NCBI RefSeq assembly: GCF_964213995.1
Contig: NC_135809.1
Span: 82,584,001 to 82,648,000 of the forward strand
Source: Mustelus asterias
Lineage: Eukaryota
Length of the DNA stretch: 64,000 nt
Reading direction: 5' to 3'
The notes below the pieces were generated by a model, which worked only from the letters and a program-made list of their open reading frames with translations, was not told the origin of the DNA and ran no database searches. Below, in pieces: positions 33,886 to 47,219 of this stretch. The position numbers and the translations under genes are program-made. Each line of letters begins with the position of its first letter. Within the stretch, counting starts at the first letter, position 1.

Positions 33886-34756
33886 TAAAGCATGAAGTGT
33901 GGACCAGGAATATTATATAACTTGGTTGCAGGGGTATATTTTCTCAACAGCCTGCAGCTGTTTGACACATTCACTCTAAGAATTTGCATAGATCCCTTTA
34001 CCACTTTTTCTGGAAGGAAGATGACGTTTTCGGGTTGTAGGACTACGCTGGGGATTAGTCCCCAGATTCACCAATCAACTGGTGCTGTTTTTGGAAATCT
34101 GTCTCCTAATTAAGTGTAATATACTGGAGTGGGTTTAATGTACAGTAGAGTAGATAAATTGAAAAAGGCAAAAAGATGTCACATTTAATTTGGCTATATT
34201 AAGCATTTTTGCAATGTGCCAGCCACGGGTTTATGGTGACACTTTTATAGTACACTCAGGAAAATAAACCTACTGTTGTTTGTGAATGCAATTTATGGCC
34301 TTTTTATGAGAGCTTGTTTGATACATGGTTGCTGGTTAATACTCTTTATTGTAGTCGCTGGTAGTTGCAGTTTTTGCAGACTACAAAAGTGATTTGCTAT
34401 TGGGGTTCCCATCTTTAATATAAGCTGGAAGGTGAAGGGTAAAGTCCTCAGTTGTAACCAGTGGAAGGCCGCATGTTATTCAGACTCCACCCACTGCGCC
34501 CCCACCCCCACCTCCACTTTGAAAACCTTCATTGTTCATTACATTAGGAAATCCCCATAAGCAGAGAGATTATATAATGATTCAAACTCCCATTTCTTAA
34601 TTAGTCTGTTCATATAGTGTCGGGATATAGTTTATTGGAGGTCATGTGGGATGCTTAACATACTCTCTTGTCCATCCCCAAATGTGTTAACTCACATAGT
34701 GTTGGATCAGGATGGAGGTATTAATGAGATTTATTTATGGGTTAAGTAATACAACA

Positions 34757-35072
34757 AAAGTAAAGTAAAAGTTTATGTATTAGTCACAAGTAAGGCTTAC
34801 ATTAACACTGCAATGAAGTTACTCTGAAACTCCCCTAGTTGCCACACTCCGGCGCCTGTTTGGGTACACTGCGGGAGAATTTAGCATGGCCAATTCACCT
34901 AACCAGCACATCTTTGGACTGTGGGAGGAAACCGGAACACCCGGAGGAAACCCACACAGGCACAGGGAGAACGTGCAAACTCCACACAGACAGTGATCCA
35001 AGCCGGGAATCGAACCTGGGTCTCTGGCACTGTGAAGCAGCAGTGCTAACCACTGTGCCATCGTGCCGCCCC
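34757..35072 (-). mobile_element. V-SINE copy
   Basis: Full-length reverse complement of the 4368-4677 family. Confidence 0.9.
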
Positions 35073-35339
35073 AAAGAAAGCAAATAATATAAAAATAATT
35101 AGAATCAGTCCACAAGAAAACTGAACAGCTTTGTAGAATGCCGAAGTGGGATTTTGGATGAAATGGTTGGATTTGGTATAGCTTCCAGGTGCATTATTGT
35201 AGGTGGGACAATGCAAATCTCATGGAATTCCAAACAATTTTGAACAGAGACATATGACTTCCTCTAAGTCATATGTGAAATGTTTTGAGAACTTGGACAC
35301 TTTGTTCTAGTAGGCAGTCACACATCTTAGAGCTCGGTA

Positions 35340-35552
35340 CTTTGAATTTAATCTGTGGTCAGGGACAGGAGGGTGTGACTCTGAGTGAGGCAGAAATAGG
35401 GATTCAAAAGGTAGCACTGGAGGAGCCACAGCTCTTGCATTTGTCTAACAGGTTTGAGGCTCTTTCAATTTGTATGGATGAGAGCAGAAGTTGCAGGGTG
35501 GATAAGTGAACTGGCTTTCCACCTCTACTGCTGGGAGCCATTTAAGTTGGGA
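35340..35552 (+). mobile_element. CR1 ORF1 fragment
   Basis: GQGQEGVTLSEAEIG...LHLSNRFEALS carries the ORF1 LxNRFxxL motif. Confidence 0.65.
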
Positions 35553-35556
35553 GAGC

Positions 35557-35966
35557 ATACACACACACTCACTCTCTCACTCTATCTCTCTCTAACTCAA
35601 TCACTCACAACACACACATACTCTCACACTCGCTCATTCACTCACACACATACTCTCACACTCGCTCATTCACACACACAAACTCACAAACACACTTATT
35701 CAGTCATTCCCACACGCACATATTCTCTCATTCCCTCACTTCCACACACACACACACACTCACTTCCCACTGAGTCCCGTGCAACACACATTCACTCTCT
35801 CACTCACTCCCGGACACACACATACTCACAGGCCGAAAGACATACACACACACACACACATTCACACACACCAGCTTCTGCACCCCTCCTCCCCCACTCC
35901 CCGGCAGAACACAACTTTGCCCCCTCCCTGAACTGCCCTTCACCCCCCCCCCCCCCCCCCCCCCCC
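35557..35966 (+). repeat. Degenerate (CA)n/(CT)n microsatellite followed by a poly-C tract (35943-35966)
   Basis: Directly visible. Confidence 0.95.
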
Positions 35967-36554
35967 GCAACCAGGCACAACTCCTGGCTGCCACATCGCT
36001 CTCCCCACATCCGCCACAACTTCATTCTCCCTGAGCTGGCAGCCATCAGCACACTCACCACCACTGCTTTTGACTGCACCTCCAATCAGAGACCGTTTCT
36101 GTCCGTCATTAGTGAGTCCATTATTAGCAAACATAGGAAAGCCTGTTATTGGAGGAGCATCCCCTTGCAAAACCTTCAGTTATGCTTCCCTGCAATTTGA
36201 ACATACCAGCCTGTCTTACTGACTTTTGAATAATGGCTTCGAGGGGCTTCATGGACAACAGTGCAGTCCATAGGCCCCAGTTAGACATTCCTTTAAATAC
36301 CAAAAACCACAAATGCTTGAAACCACTTAACGTCGTGGGAACAAACATTGTGAAATTGACAGCGGAGATCAGAGAGCTTGACCTGTCAATCAAACAATGC
36401 TTTTTTCTGGGGCTCAGGTAGTTTAGTATTCTAATGGTTGTCCAGGCTACTGGCTAAGCATACATAATGAAGCTTGGCTGAGAGCCCAGGTAACCATTAA
36501 GCTACATCTCAGAGAAAACATTGTTATTAATTCTCTTCTACAGAGTGCACTGGG

Positions 36555-36722
36555 TCATTAGATATATTCAAGGCTGGGTTAGATAAATGTTTGATTGACA
36601 AGGGAGTTAAGGGTTATGAGGTGCAGGCAGGATAGTGGAGTTGAGGCCACAATCAAATTAACCATGATCTTATTGAGTGGCAGAGCAGGCATGAAGGAAC
36701 AATGACTTCTGTTCCGAATTCT
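36555..36722 (+). mobile_element. CR1 3' tail
   Basis: atattcaaggctgggttagata...ccatgatcttattgagtggcagagcagg. Confidence 0.75.
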
Positions 36723-37469
36723 TCTTCATCTTGTGAGAATTTGTGAAATGTAACAAGATACACATAAATGCACGTCAGTCTGTCTTTCCCATCTGCAGAA
36801 CTAAAGACTAAGGAGACCTCAGCCCCACTTATCTAATTCCAAGGTCTTGGAAATCAGAGCTGTCAATCTTCCATGATTAAAGACATTCATAGCAATTATG
36901 GCATAGAACGTTAATAAGTAGATGCTCATACGTAGTCTTGGTTCTGAATACCTGTTAATGCCTTGTCCGTGCATAATTTAATTAGCAGCTATAACAAAGC
37001 CTGTGTATCATCCTTAATTTCAAGATCAATCAACCTGGCCTGATTCTTTAGACAGCTCATCTATCAGTCTTCATTACAAAATTGCCCAAGGGAAAACAGC
37101 TTCTATTTTAATTCTAGTTATTTCAAAACTGTGTGAAATAAATACAAAATTGTTGTCATGGTGTGAGGCTTGCTTAGCGGTGAGGATTGAACATCTCATA
37201 AAAGAGAAAAAAGTAAAATCAGGACCTGGGTTTAATTTTTTTTTGCCTCTCCTCGGAAATCATGTAGTTTGGGGTGAGGTGGGAAGCATATATAATGAGG
37301 GTGATTTTGAACCAGGTTCGCTGACGTGGGTGGAAAATTTGGAGAGAATTGGGAAATGTGGTTCTTGCGGATGCGATAGGGTTTCCCGATTTTCTGCACC
37401 CCTCACTGGTGACGTCATGAGGTTCAGGCCCACAAAGTGTGCAAACCTCATTTTCAGTATTCAGGTGGT

Positions 37470-38178
37470 TATTCAGCAAGATCTTGGTGTCCTTGTGCAT
37501 CAGTCACTGAAAGTAAGCAGGCAGTAAATAAGGCAAATGGTGTGTTGACCTTCATAACGAGAGGATGTGAGTATATGGAAAGGGATGTTTTGCTGCAATT
37601 GTATTAGGCGTTGGTGCAGCCACATCTGGAGTATTGTGTGCAGTTTGGTGTCCTTATCTGAGGAAGGATGTCCTTGCTATAGAGGGAGTACAACCAACGT
37701 TTACCAGGCTGATTCCTGGGATGGCAGGTCTGTCTCATGAAGAGAGACTAATTCGGTTAGGATTATATTCACTGGAATTTAGAAGAGTGAGAGCGGATTC
37801 CATAGAAACTTATGAAATTCTAACAGGATTAGACAGGGTAGATTCAGAAAGAATGTTCCCAATGGTGGGGGAGTCCAGATCTAGGGGTCATAGTTTGAGT
37901 AGTTTGAAGATATGGGGTAAACCTTTGAGAACTATGGTGAGGAGAAATTTCTGCACCCAGAGGGTGGTGATTGTGTGGAATTCACTACCACAGAAAATAG
38001 TTGAGGCCAAAACATTATCTGAATTCAAGAAGAAATTAGATATAGCTGTAAGGGCTTAAGGGATCAAGGGATATGAGGGGAAGGGGGGATCAGGATGTTG
38101 AATTCGATGATCAGCCATGATCAAAATGAATGATGGAGCAGGCTCGAAGGGCCAAAACCGTTTCTAGTTTCTATGTTT
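37470..38178 (+). mobile_element. 5'-truncated CR1 LINE
   Basis: DLGVLVHQSLKVS...LGLYSLEFRR...TQRVVIVWNSLP; tail tttctatgtttc. Confidence 0.92.
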
Positions 38179-38966
38179 CAATGTAATAGTTTTGCACACA
38201 TTAGCAGCCCCACCCCGCAATATGATATCCCTGCCTCCTTACTGAAAATTCAAACTTTGCTGACTTGCGTCATGCTGGTGAGGTTTACAACAAGTTTTTT
38301 AAAATGGGGAAAGAGACATGCCCTGGCACTTCCCGTTGGCACAAGGTTGGCACTACCAGTACAAACCTGTGCCAGAGCAGTTCTGGGGCAGCCACGCTAC
38401 GCAGTCCCATTTGTGTGTTGGCGAGGGCTGATGCCTGTGGAGGAGATTGCCCCTGAGACTGGAGTTGGGGGTGGCGGGGGCTTGGTCTCCCAATGTCTGC
38501 AAGGGAGAGTTGGAGGGAGAGGAGGTTGTCCTGATGATAGTGATTTGGGGTGGGTGCACCGATGCTTGTGAGTGTGGTCGCAACATGTACATGGGATTTG
38601 AAGGACTGGGGGCCATGGAGTTTCTGTACTCATCAGGGCGCCCCAACCTCTGTGGACCCAGCCTTGCTAGCTCTACCTACCTAGCCAGAGTGATGGCAAA
38701 AACCCCACCTTTTCATTTTATTTTCTCAGAGAGGCTCAAGTTCTGGAGAGCTACCCAACAGTTTTCAGTTAGAGCCTGAAACTTTGAAATGATATGGGAA
38801 AATTCCACTTTGCATATCACCTCTGACTTTGCGACAGAAAAAATGATGAGGCAATCAGTACTCACTGTTATTAAGGTGTAGATTGGACAGCAATGTACAG
38901 GTAAAAGTGAAAATGAGGAAGTTGCTGTCCAAGTTGTCCTGCACTCCATAAACCTCACTACAAAAG

Positions 38967-39078
38967 TGGCCAGAACTCTCGGAGCTTGTATTCTCCACCG
39001 CCACTACCAGCGAAAATGAAGAATTTGGTGCTCAGTGCTCGAATTCCAGTCACAGGTGAGGGTGGTGAATTCTGGCCA
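38967..39078. mobile_element. MITE, TIR TGGCCAGAA(C/T)TC
   Basis: tggccagaactc ... gaattctggcca; related in reverse to 55775-55910. Confidence 0.75.
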
Positions 39079-39384
39079 ATGTCTCTCCCAGTAACACAGA
39101 AGACACACAGAAAGGCAAGAAGTTGCTGTACTTGCTCACTAGATATCACATTTAAGTGTAAGTAAATTTTTAATAGCACGTAAGGCTTAATTAGTGCTGA
39201 GTAATCCCTCAGGTACTGAAACTTAAGTTTCACTGGTGTGGGGACTCATCCCTTCACATTTTTATTATTATTGGAGATTTTTAAAAAACGTTTTCTTTCT
39301 GGCACTGTTTTATATCTCTCTTTCCCTCCTTTTATTTCACTTCCTGTACTTAGTTTAACATTAAATTAATTATTCAAAGAGAAT

Positions 39385-39560
39385 CACCCTGGCAAGATAA
39401 CTCTGATGAGAATTTGACTGGCCAATTAATCAGCGCCCTTTACTCCTGTAGTATAAATTGTTGAGATTGTCTGAAATTTGATATTCTTGTGTTTGTCCAG
39501 ATGAGTGCAAGGTGAAGAGCTTCATCAATGTCTATCTTTTCAGCAATATTCAAATTCTAC
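39385..39560 (+). mobile_element. Probable Penelope-type terminal repeat (different family) with a decayed hammerhead
   Basis: gccaat and tataaa boxes upstream of gtc-CAGATGA-gtgcaaggt-GAAG-agcttc. Confidence 0.5.
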
Positions 39561-40151
39561 ACTACCCAGTGGCCCTCTGTCCTCGTGTAATACTTTGATC
39601 TGAGACAAAAAGTTATATTAGCGCTTCACAAAGCCTCGTGTTGGCCAATGGTAGAATACTGGATCCTTGCCGCTCCCATAAAACATTCAGGAGTCTCACT
39701 GAGTAACACCACCTTGTGACTTAGCCTTAGAAACAAATTATTCTACTGCATTGCTCCTGAAACCAGCTAATGTGGTATAAAAGCTTTTGTCAATTTGTTT
39801 CCAACCCCTTATGTAAAAAGAACACTTAAATTACAGTGTTACAAAAATGCATTTAAGAACAAGGAAAACTGAACAATTGTGAATGTTCCCCTTATTGAAG
39901 ATTTCACCAGTGCTGTTTTGCTGGTACAGTCTCTTGTGTCCTTACCACATATTTGAAGATGCTATTCACGGTAGTAAAATGGCATTTGATTCACACTCTT
40001 AATAACACTTGATCATTTTGTTGTGTTTGGTCTCCTTCCTTTAGTATGAAAGAAGATGGTAGAATGGTGAGTTACTCCGGTGTGGGGTCTTTCTAATGTG
40101 AACAAAATGGGCTCAGTCGTAAAAGATTGTAAAATCCAGATCATACAAGTC

Positions 40152-40991
40152 TGTTGCAATATGGGCCTGTTGTTTGGAAATAAGACACTTTGACCAGTTT
40201 GCACTAAAACTTGTTTGCCCAGGTGGATTTACTCATGGGGTGAACAAAGGACAAGAGTCGATTCGCGGTTTAACCCAATTTTATTAACAAATCCTTATCA
40301 TACAAACTCGATCCGAAAACAACTCTCAAATCCCACAATAACTTAATACTTTATGCTATATGTCTGAGCTGCCGGGTCTGGTTCTCTGAGTTCTGTCGTC
40401 TCTTGAACTCAGGGTCTTCTTCGCAAAGGTTGGTCTTGCACATCCTCTTCCATTGTCACTGGGCCTAGTCAGCGATGAGGGTGGTCTCTAGGTGTCTCTT
40501 CTTATCCACCTCTTTGTGTCCTTTTGGAAAGTTCTCTGGCTTCCAGCCAATGAGGTTACTGGGCAGGGGTTCACAACACCCAATGGGATTGCATATTCTA
40601 TATATGAACGATGCCAGGACCCCCAGGTATCCATCCTCAGTGGCATGGAGTGCATGTAGCCCCCCCTTTCCATATATGGTAATGGTGGGAATCTGAGGCG
40701 CCAGAGAGTCTGGTCAAAACTGGGGAATACACAAATACTGTCCTTATTTAGACAGGACTGAGCACCTCCAGGACAAGTCCAGGCTTGCCCTTGCTTGCCT
40801 CTCACCTGTGTTTGCATTTAAACTTGGCCCGTCTGAATTCCCATTAGGCCTAGCTGCAGAGGCTGTTGACTGCTGTTTTATTTAGATTGTCCAATTCTGC
40901 ATCAGGCCTAGATGCTCAGGCTGTTGGCCATTTAGCAATGAATCATATTTCATAAAAATTAAGAACAAAAGATTTATCGAGAATCATCACA
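40152..40991 (-). mobile_element. Probable solo LTR
   Basis: TG...CA ends, minus-strand AATAAA at ~40280, CCAAT motifs, AGTC at both junctions (TSD register imperfect). Confidence 0.45.
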
Positions 40992-41040
40992 GTCAAAATA
41001 GTCACAGCAGAATCTTGCCCCTTTTCCCTGGTGGAATTAC

Positions 41041-41911
41041 TGAAGCTTGCAGAGGGATTTGGACCAACTAGAAAAATGGGCTGAAAAATGGCAAATGGAA
41101 TTTAACGCAGACAAGTGTGAGATATTGCACTTTGGAAGGACAAACCAAAGAAGAACGTACAGGGTAAATGGTAGGACTCTGAAGAGTGCAGTTGAACAGA
41201 GGGATCTGGGAATACAGGTACAGAATTCCCTAAAAGTGACGTCACAGGTGGAAAGGGTCGTAAAGAGTGCCTTTGGTACATTGGCCTTTATAAATCGGAG
41301 TATCGAGTATAAAAGTTGGAGTGTTATGGTAAGGTTATATAAGGCATTGGTGAGGCCGAATTTGGAGTATTGTGTACAGTTTTGGTCACCTAGTTACAGG
41401 AAGGATGTAAATAAGATTGAAAGAGTGCAGAGAAGGTTCACAAGGATGTTGCCGGGACTTGAGAAGCTGAGTTACAGAGAGAGATTGAATAGGTTGGGAC
41501 TTTATTCCCTGGAGCGTAGAAGATTGAGGGGAGATTTGATAGAGGTGTATAAGATTTTGATGGGTATAGATAGAGTGAATGCAAGCAGGCTTTTTCCGCT
41601 GAGGCTAGGGGAGAAAAAATCCAGAGGGCATGGGTTAAGGGTGAAAGGAGAAAAGTTTAAAGGGAATATTAGGGGGGGCTTCTTCACGCAGAGAGTGGTG
41701 GGAGTGTGGAATGAGCTGCCGGATAAAGTGGTAAATGCGGGGTCACTTTTAACATTTAAGAAAAACTTGGACGGGTTCATGGATGAGAGGGGTGTGGAGG
41801 GATATGGTCCAAGTGCAGGTCAGTGGGACTAGGCATAAAATGGTTTGGCACAGACAAGAAGGGCCAAAAGGCCTGTTTCTGAGCTGTAATTTTCTATGGT
41901 TCTATGGTTCT
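41041..41911 (+). mobile_element. Young 5'-truncated CR1 LINE with an uninterrupted 261-aa C-terminal frame
   Basis: ORF 41047-41832; tail (ttctatgg)n; 6-bp TSD AATTAC (41035-41040 / 41912-41917). Confidence 0.95.
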
Positions 41912-43469
41912 AATTACAAGTGTCAGTTCACAGTGAAGGTTGAATGAACCTTTTGAGGCAACGGGCAATAAAATGCCCATTCTTGTTCATCAATTTAGCA
42001 AAATTGTGTTTTCTACTGTTTACCATTAACATTCATGTCTCTCTCATTTGATCTTCCATAAGTTTTCAACAACTGATATTTGCCCATCTTTGTCTCTGCG
42101 TTAACTAATAGCAAAACAGCTCTCGGAGAATGTTCACTGACAGTAACACATTCTGCAGCTTGTTGTAGCTAATTGATGGTGACACATTATTTCCCCAGCC
42201 ATTGCATGTTCCTCTCCCCCTCCCCTATACACTCTACCCTTGCAACTTCCAGCACCAATACATTGACTATCATCCCTCTAAACACTCCAAATGATAATTA
42301 GAATGGATTCCTCAAGGAAGGGCTCATATGCTGACACCACATCCAAGTTGTATAATCTCATGCTTTGCTGATAACTGTTTAATTTTTGGCCATTTTAAAC
42401 TTTCTTGCTCTAGATTATTTTGATCCTTGTCTTAGCTCACTTTCAAGACAGGTTCCAACTTTCTATGCTTGTGAATGTGACAGTTTTTTGCGTCGGGATC
42501 TGGGTAAGCTCTTGATAATGTGTGCAGAAAATTGAACAGTGACTCCTATTTGATATAACAGTTATATAATTACATTAGAAACTCTTTGTATCAATCCCTT
42601 CAAGTAGATAAAGCTATAAGAATCAAAATGTAATACAAAATTACAGTTTTATATAATAATAGAATATTATTACTAAAAGCCCTTTATTTACTGATAAAAA
42701 AATCCCTTTATTGAATTGTAATCGTATTTATCCAAGAGAGTTAAATGGCCTACATAATCTCTTCCTGTAAGGTTTGCAATTGGCTGCAGTATGTACCATC
42801 TCCAGAATACACTACAAAAACATGCCAAGGCATCTTGCAGAACCTTCCAAACTTATGACCTGCACCATCTAGATGGAAATGGTTAGCAGGTGCATGGGAA
42901 CACCATCACCCTCGAGTCTCAAACCACCTTAATTGAGCACGCATCCCCAGCAGAGCGGAAGAAATCGGAGCTGGAGTAAGCCTTGTCATCCCTCAAATCT
43001 GCCCCATCATTCATTAAGACTATGGCAGTCTGATTGTAGCTTTAACTCCACTTTTCTGACAGGAAAAGGGGATCTGAGTGGGTGTGGGGGGGGGAGACCA
43101 TTGGTTAGGTTAGCCTCATGCCTGCATGGTGTGGATGGCGGGAGGGAGGAGTCACCTGTTATTTGTTGGCGGGGGGGGGGGGTGGGGGTGGCGGAAGAGT
43201 GAGAGTGCCCCTCTTTAGTAAGAGGTTGATGGTGCTCTCCTGGTCAGTGTGGGGGCTACCTTTTATATTTTTGTGACCACGTAGATCGGGGCACCATTTA
43301 AAAATAGTGGCCCGGTCTTGGAACAATGGGGCTGGCCTGCGGGTTCTTCGCTATGAATGAATTAGCATCTATCAGGTGTGAGAATCCCACCTGATAGATT
43401 CTGTAAATACCAGTGGGAAACTCTTCAGATTTCCTGCTGGCGTTGCCATTTCGTCCCAATTCGCAGCCT

Positions 43470-45360
43470 TTGTTACCTTCTCATAACTTGTTTCTTCACC
43501 CACTTTTATATCATCAGCAAATGTGGCTACATTACGCTTCTTCACTTCATCTGAGTCATTAATGTAGATTGTAAATAGTTGAGTTTGCAGCACTGGCCCC
43601 TGTGACATTCCATAGTTTTTCAACCTGAAAATGACCTATTCACCCTGACTCTGTTTCCTGTTAGATAGCCAATCCCCTGTTCATGAAAATATATCTCCCC
43701 CAACACTGAGTCCTGACTTTGTGCCATAACCTTTCAGGTGACAACTTATTGATGTTTTTTTGGAAAACGAAATACGCCACAGCCACTGGTTCACTTTTAT
43801 CCACCCTGCTGTTGTATCCTCAAATAAATATAATAAAAGCAAATTACTGTGGATGCTGGAATCTGAAACCAAAAGAGAAAATGCTGGAACTTCTCAGCAG
43901 GTCTGGCAGCATCTGTAAGGAGAGAAAAGAGCTGACGTTTTGAGTCCAGATGACCCTTTGTCAAAGCTAAAAGGCATAGGAAGTGCGAGATATTTATACT
44001 GTGGGACAAGGGAATGAAAGATGAGCCATAGCCACAAAACCAACGGGAAAGGCTACTTACTAATGGCAGTCCATAGAGAGAATAGAGGATGTAAATGGCT
44101 AAACAGCAGAGAAGCTGAAATCAGAAGGTAAGCTGTGACAGATGAAGATGTGGGGGGGATGGGGGGAGATGGGTGGGAGAGAGGTAACATTGAGAAAAAG
44201 GGGGAAAGGGGAAACAAAGAAGGAGAAAAGGTAAAGAAAGGGGGATAAAATAGGGGGAAAGAGTGGGGGGGGGAAGAAAAATAAAGACAACAAAGAAATA
44301 AAGTTAAAAATTAAATGAAAACAAAGGGGTTGAGGTGGGGTCGAGCTAATCATCTGAAGTTGTTGAATTTGATGTTGAGACTGGAAAGCTGTAATGTGCC
44401 CAGCCGGAAGATGAGGTGCTGTTCTTCCAGTTTGCATTGAACTTCACTGGAACGTTGCAGCAGGCCAAGAACAGACATGTGGGCATGGGAGCAGGATTGT
44501 GTGTTAAAATGGCAAGCAACGGGAAGGTCAAGGTCTTGATTGTGCACAGACAGAATGTGCCCAGCAAAGCGATCACCCAGTCTACATTTGGTCTCTCCGA
44601 TATAGAGGAGACCACATTGGGAGCAGCGAATGCAATAGTCCAAATTGAAAGAGGTGCAAATGAAATGCTGCTTAACCTGGAATGAATGTTTTGGACCTTG
44701 GATGGTGAGCATGGAAGAGGTGAAGGGGCAGGTATTACACCTTCTGCAATTGCATGAGAAGGTGCCATGGGTCATGGGAGAGGTGTTGGGTGTAGTAAAG
44801 GAGTGGACCAGGTTGTCCCAGAGGGAATAGTCTCTGCAGAATGCTGACAGAGGGAGTGGAGGGGAGCTGTGTTTGGAGGTGGCATCATGCTGGAGTTGGC
44901 GAAAATGGCGGAGGATTATTCTTTGCATGTGGAGGCTAGTGCGGTGAAATGAGAGAACAAGGGGGCCTATCCTTCTTCTGGGAGGAAAGGGAGGGGGTGA
45001 GGGTCATGGTGCGGGAGATGGGTCCACGTTGTTGAGGGGCCTGTCAGCAACTGTAGGTGGGAATCCATGGTTGAAGAAGAAGGAGCACATATTAGAAGCA
45101 CCACTTTGGAAAGTGGCGTTATCGGAACAAATGTGACAGAGGCGAAGGAGCTGAGAGAAAGGGATGGAGTCCTTACAGGATGTAAATCTAATACAGTGTC
45201 AAGCATAATTTTCCTATGCTTGTATTATGACTTTCTAAATATCCTGCTAATGCTTCCTTAATAATGGATTCAAGCATTTCCCAATGACAGGTGTCAGGTT
45301 TATTAGCCTAGAGTTTATTGCTGTCAGTCTCCCTCCCTTCTTGAATAAAGGTGTTTCCAT
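43470..45360 (-). mobile_element. Old CR1 RT fragment split by the Penelope insertion
   Basis: LFTIYIND...FADD remnant at 43490-43610; continuation at 45183-45360. Confidence 0.75.
43836..45182 (-). mobile_element. 5'-truncated Penelope-like element (RT C-terminus, GIY-YIG endonuclease, terminal repeat)
   Basis: ORF 44350-44928 with C-C-C-C motif and YCIRCSQCGLLYIGETKCRLGDRFAGH...EQHLIFRLGTL; TSD TAAAT(A/C)TAATA (43825-43835 / 45183-45193). Confidence 0.92.
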
Positions 45361-46457
45361 TCTTTTTATGTCACTTGGTCAATATGCAATTTCCTACCTA
45401 ACAGCAAATTGGGAGGACCTTCACCACAATGAAGGGTCATCACCATTTTCACAAGGCAACTAGCGATGGACAATAAATCCCAGCGTTGCCAGTGAAAGCC
45501 ACATCCCAAGAGTGAATTCAGAAATAAGTTTTCTTATCTTCTGATAACTTGACTTAATGAGCAGATTAGCTATTTGATTACCCATTTACCAGTTGCTGTG
45601 GCTTGCTTGGATTTTTCACTGACAGTCAGATTCAAAATAATTGGCTGTCATGAGTTTTACTGAGCAGATCACAGTGACTGTTATGTTCAAAGATAGCCTA
45701 GTTTCTCCCCTGAAGTCTGCAGTTCAAAAGCCCAGTCTGACTAATCTCGCAACGTATGCATCATCATTACTCAGTAAAGAGATCTGAACTGCAGGCATTT
45801 TATTATAAAATGGCCAGATTTAAAAGGGCAGCCATAAAAGATATGTACCAGAGTTTAATGTCCTCCCTCTTGGTGAGTTTAATGGTGAGGGGCATTTAGT
45901 CAGGTAGGAGGGTTGTGGTCAGAACCTGCCACCTCCCCGTCTCCACCCTGATTCAGTTCACAGCAGGAAGCTCCAAGAATTGCCTCCACATCCCACCACC
46001 AATTGTGGCCCTTAAGTGGACAAGTAATGACCAATTAAGGATCATATCATGCTGCCACTGATATTAACCCAATGCAAGGTAGGGGATTCGCCATATAGAG
46101 TGCATGATTAGCAAATCTGTGCAAGGTTGCTAAGAGGTCTTGGGCTGTGATGTGAAAGGCACCAGGAGGAGCCTTGTTCTAAGGAACTCGATGTCTGATC
46201 AAGGGACTTGGCAATGGCAAGGGGAAGACCCATTGAGAGACAGTCCCTTCCCAACCTTGAAGCTGACCACCTGCTACCCCCCTCCTGCAATCTCACACCT
46301 CAGGTGAGACATCCAGTGATGATACTAGACTTCAGGTGGGTCGTACCAGCAGCAGCTACCACCTCCCCAGTGGTGCTGGTGTTCAACACAGCTTCCAGCC
46401 TCTAACTTCTGTCCCCAAAGTCCTCGATCATGGGGAAGGACCACTATTGTCTCGATA

Positions 46458-46820
46458 GGGGAGGCAATGGCACAGTGAAATTATCAGTGGACTCGCAATC
46501 CAGGGTAATGTTCTAGGGACCTGGATTTGAATTCCACCATGGCAGATGGTGAAATTTGAATTCAATAAAAAATCTGGAATCAAATGTCTAATGATGGCCA
46601 TGAAATCATTGTCAATTGTTGTAAAAACCCATCTGGCTCACTGATGTCCTTTGGAGAAGGAAACCTGCCACCCTTACCTAGTCTGGCCTACATGTGACTC
46701 CAGATCCACAGCAATGTGGCTGACTCTCAAATGCCCTCTGAAACACAGGGCAGTTAGGGATGGGCAATAAATGCTGCCCTAGCCAGCCATGCCCACATCC
46801 TGTAAAAATGAATTTTAAAA
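46458..46820 (+). mobile_element. tRNA-derived SINE (family of 17135)
   Basis: Full length; tail gggcaataaatgctgccc...cccacatcc. Confidence 0.88.
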
Positions 46821-47219
46821 AAGTTAAGTGGCACTTAAAACAGAGGACCTTCCATAAATGAGGTAACTTTTGCTCTCTAGTCAGTGTGTGACCCCACTGT
46901 CTCCACCATTAAATCCAACCCATTTCCAAATATGTCCAACAATGATGATGCTCCCTGCTCTGCCCTCCCACACTCATGGCACGTTACATAAATATTATTG
47001 CTTCGTGCAGCTCATTACACATCAGACAGACAGTGTAGGGAGTTAATTCCACTCAGCGTTTGCACGTTGGAATTAATCTACTTTCAATATTATGGTCATG
47101 TCAACAATATCAGTCCTTACAAACATAAAGTTCTGCTGTGTGTGAGTGGCAAGTATATTGATAGTTTTCTTTGACTGTGCTCATACAAAGCTTTGCTGCC
47201 TATATCTTAACACACACAA

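Noticed and set aside
35454-36200. 248-aa His/Thr/Pro-rich ORF
   Set aside because: Artefact of the (CA)n microsatellite and poly-C tract.
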